Shown here piece by piece: positions 28,784 to 29,711 of a stretch of DNA of 29,711 nt (position 1 is its first letter; every line of letters begins with the position of its first letter). This DNA comes from a virus. Position numbers and translations under genes: made by a program. The DNA lies in the IMG/VR virus record IMGVR_UViG_3300045988_119598, positions 1 to 29,711 of that record; one strand, written 5' to 3'. The notes beneath the pieces are model-generated. The model searched no databases. It was not told the DNA's origin and saw nothing but the letters and a program-made list of their open reading frames with translations.

Positions 28784-29263
28784 TTAAAAGTTTTTAAATA
28801 CATTATCAACTTGTGTTTCTAAATCTTTTGTAATTGCATCATCTAATAACATATAAGCATCTAACTCGGTTAAAGATTCTTCAAGCAGATGTTTTCCATC
28901 AATTCCTCTTTTAGAAATTTTTCTTGCTATTAAATATGCTAACTGATCAATAGTTGGAAGCGACCCGTTATATGGACGAGGTAATACAGGCTTAGTTTGT
29001 ATTCACCTTTTTATATCACTGATAGGAGGAAACTTTCCTGCATTTCTGCCTTCCTCAACATACTTCCAATAATCTTGTATTTGTAAACTAACTTCATATA
29101 CTTCATCTTGATCTTCAACTATATAATTAAGTGTATTACCAAGAGTTCCTGTATCATCTGAACCAGTTTGTAGTAATTTCTGCCTATATATAGAAAGTAA
29201 TTGTTCTCCATATTGTTTTAAGACAGCTTCTAAATTGGGAAAATCCAAAACTTGATTTGCCAT
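28784..29263 (-). CDS. Hypothetical virion-module protein (159 aa; in-frame TGA at 29003-29005)
   Basis: Track ORF 29003..29263 continues ...PISDIKR-W-IQTKPVLPRPYNG... to TAA 28784-28786, 2 nt before the next ATG. Confidence 0.65.
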
Positions 29264-29305
29264 TTTTACTAAAATATATCATTCTCATATTGAGTATCTA
29301 AACAC

Positions 29306-29330
29306 AAATAGGGAGATTTACTCCCTATTT
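29306..29330 (-). terminator. Hairpin next to dispersed-element copy 4
   Basis: 10-bp perfect stem AAATAGGGAG / CTCCCTATTT with loop attta, 3 nt from the element. Confidence 0.5.
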
Positions 29331-29333
29331 AAG

Positions 29334-29383
29334 TGTCAAGTTTTTTACTCACTTTTAGTAGTTAAAATAAATAAATCTTGACA
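29334..29383 (+). repeat. Dispersed 50-bp intergenic element, copy 4
   Basis: TGTCAAGTTTTTTACTCA 29334-29351 ... CTTGACA 29377-29383 (perfect 7-bp inverted arms). It starts 2 nt from the TAA at 29386-29388. Confidence 0.9.
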
Positions 29384-29385
29384 TT

Positions 29386-29628
29386 TTAGTGTTTAGCTTT
29401 TCAAAGATCTATTTGTCTTTTTTCTTCTTTCCCTTTATCAAGTAAGTAGCAAATAATATTCAAAAACTCTTGAATCTGCATATCATATACTTGATGTCAA
29501 TTTAACCTTGTTACTTCGCTAACTCTATCTATTCAACAAATCCAGTTCCATTTTTGACTAAATTCAGAGTTTGTCTCGCCTGAACTATCCTCTTCCGTAA
29601 TTGATACTTCTTTACTGGATCTTTCTCC
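29386..29628 (-). CDS. -1-frame extension of the chaperone-like gene (80 codons; three in-frame TGA), probable gpGT-type frameshift product
   Basis: It has no start codon of its own. It is open from the slippery site to TAA 29386-29388 only if the TGAs (29533-29535, 29497-29499, 29401-29403) are sense. It reads ...SQKWNWIC-W-IDRVSEVTRLN-W-HQVYDMQIQEFLNII... Confidence 0.5.
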
Positions 29629-29711
29629 TTTTTCATCAATTTCTTCATCTCCCGCATTGAAGAGATTAGGGTAGCTACTGTTAAGCTCTCTAATAATTTG
29701 CAAAAAAAAAC
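29529..29711 (-). CDS. Chaperone-like protein, 3' part of the frame-0 ORF begun at 550 (29639..29711 duplicates 1..73)
   Basis: It continues ...SMREMKKLMKKEKDPVKKYQLRKRIVQARQTLNLVKNGTGFVE to TAG 29529-29531. Confidence 0.55.
   Translation of the reverse strand, partial: VFFCKLLESLTVATLISSMREMKKLMKKEKDPVKKYQLRKRIVQARQTLNLVKNGTGFVE
29628..29634 (-). other. Candidate -1 ribosomal slippery site G_AAA_AAG
   Basis: Minus-strand ATG AAA AAG GAG. A shift back by one nt at AAA-AAG enters the open -1 frame (GGA GAA AGA ...). Confidence 0.4.
29639..29711. repeat. Second copy of the 73-bp terminal direct repeat
   Basis: Exact match to 1-73. The repeat ends in an A9 homopolymer. Confidence 0.95.

Noticed and set aside
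552-29263. Fragmented ORFs interpreted as pseudogenes, or as sequencing frameshifts in a decaying prophage
   Set aside because: The fragments always stay in the same frame. The only interrupting codon is TGA (38 times), TAA and TAG never occur in frame, and the linker segments read as normal protein with conserved motifs spanning the TGAs.
1-29711. TGA read as Gly (table 25) or as selenocysteine
   Set aside because: Several TGAs sit at positions that are Trp in well-known motifs (ENLE-W in HNH_3-type enzymes, I-W-KY in GIY-YIG tails, W-IH in the M15 peptidase). 38 sites with no recurring downstream hairpin do not fit SECIS-dependent decoding. Gly is not formally excluded without alignments.
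1-29711. Reassignment of TAG or TAA as well
   Set aside because: Every rejoined gene ends cleanly at a TAA or TAG that abuts or overlaps the next start (TAATG, ATGnTAG). I found no case where reading through TAA or TAG joins same-frame fragments.
1-29711. CRISPR arrays, rRNA/tRNA genes, integrase or other lysogeny functions, DNA polymerase
   Set aside because: No spaced direct-repeat array, no RNA-gene-like structure, and no ORF with recombinase or polymerase motifs was recognised by eye. Absence should be confirmed with profile searches on the table-4 proteome.

Overview
The window is a complete, strongly AT-rich tailed-phage genome. Bases 1-73 recur exactly at 29639-29711 and a minus-strand ORF reads in frame across that join, so the unit genome is 29,638 bp, circular or circularly permuted as assembled. 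Nearly everything is coded on the minus strand (terminase, head, tail/fibre and lysis modules). One short plus-strand module (4488-6677: a helicase-like gene and three small ORFs) diverges from a control region at 4093-4487.

The key observation is that the supplied standard-code ORF track is systematically broken. Every break between collinear, same-frame fragments is a TGA, never TAA or TAG. Reading TGA as a sense codon (best fit Trp, translation table 4) restores 18 sensible genes; I count 38 in-frame TGAs by hand. These include a 415-aa large terminase, a 150-aa M15 endolysin, two HNH and one GIY-YIG endonuclease whose conserved Trp positions are TGA, a 777-aa tape-measure-like protein, and tail proteins of 726 and 1119 aa. 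All genes then end in TAA or TAG.

Expression signals look Bacteroidota-like (three TTTG-N20-TAnnTTTG promoters, no Shine-Dalgarno sequences). I can find no suppressor tRNA or release-factor gene, so how UGA is decoded is an open question.

Other notable structure:
- a 50-bp element with an invariant 18-mer, present four times at module boundaries;
- a probable -1 frameshift (or U9 slippage) in a chaperone-like gene spanning the circular join;
- an apparently split sigma factor (region-2-like and region-4-like ORFs);
- four freestanding homing-endonuclease genes;
- paralogous fibre proteins sharing a TGA at the same C-terminal position.

All product calls come from motif recognition by eye; no database search was possible.
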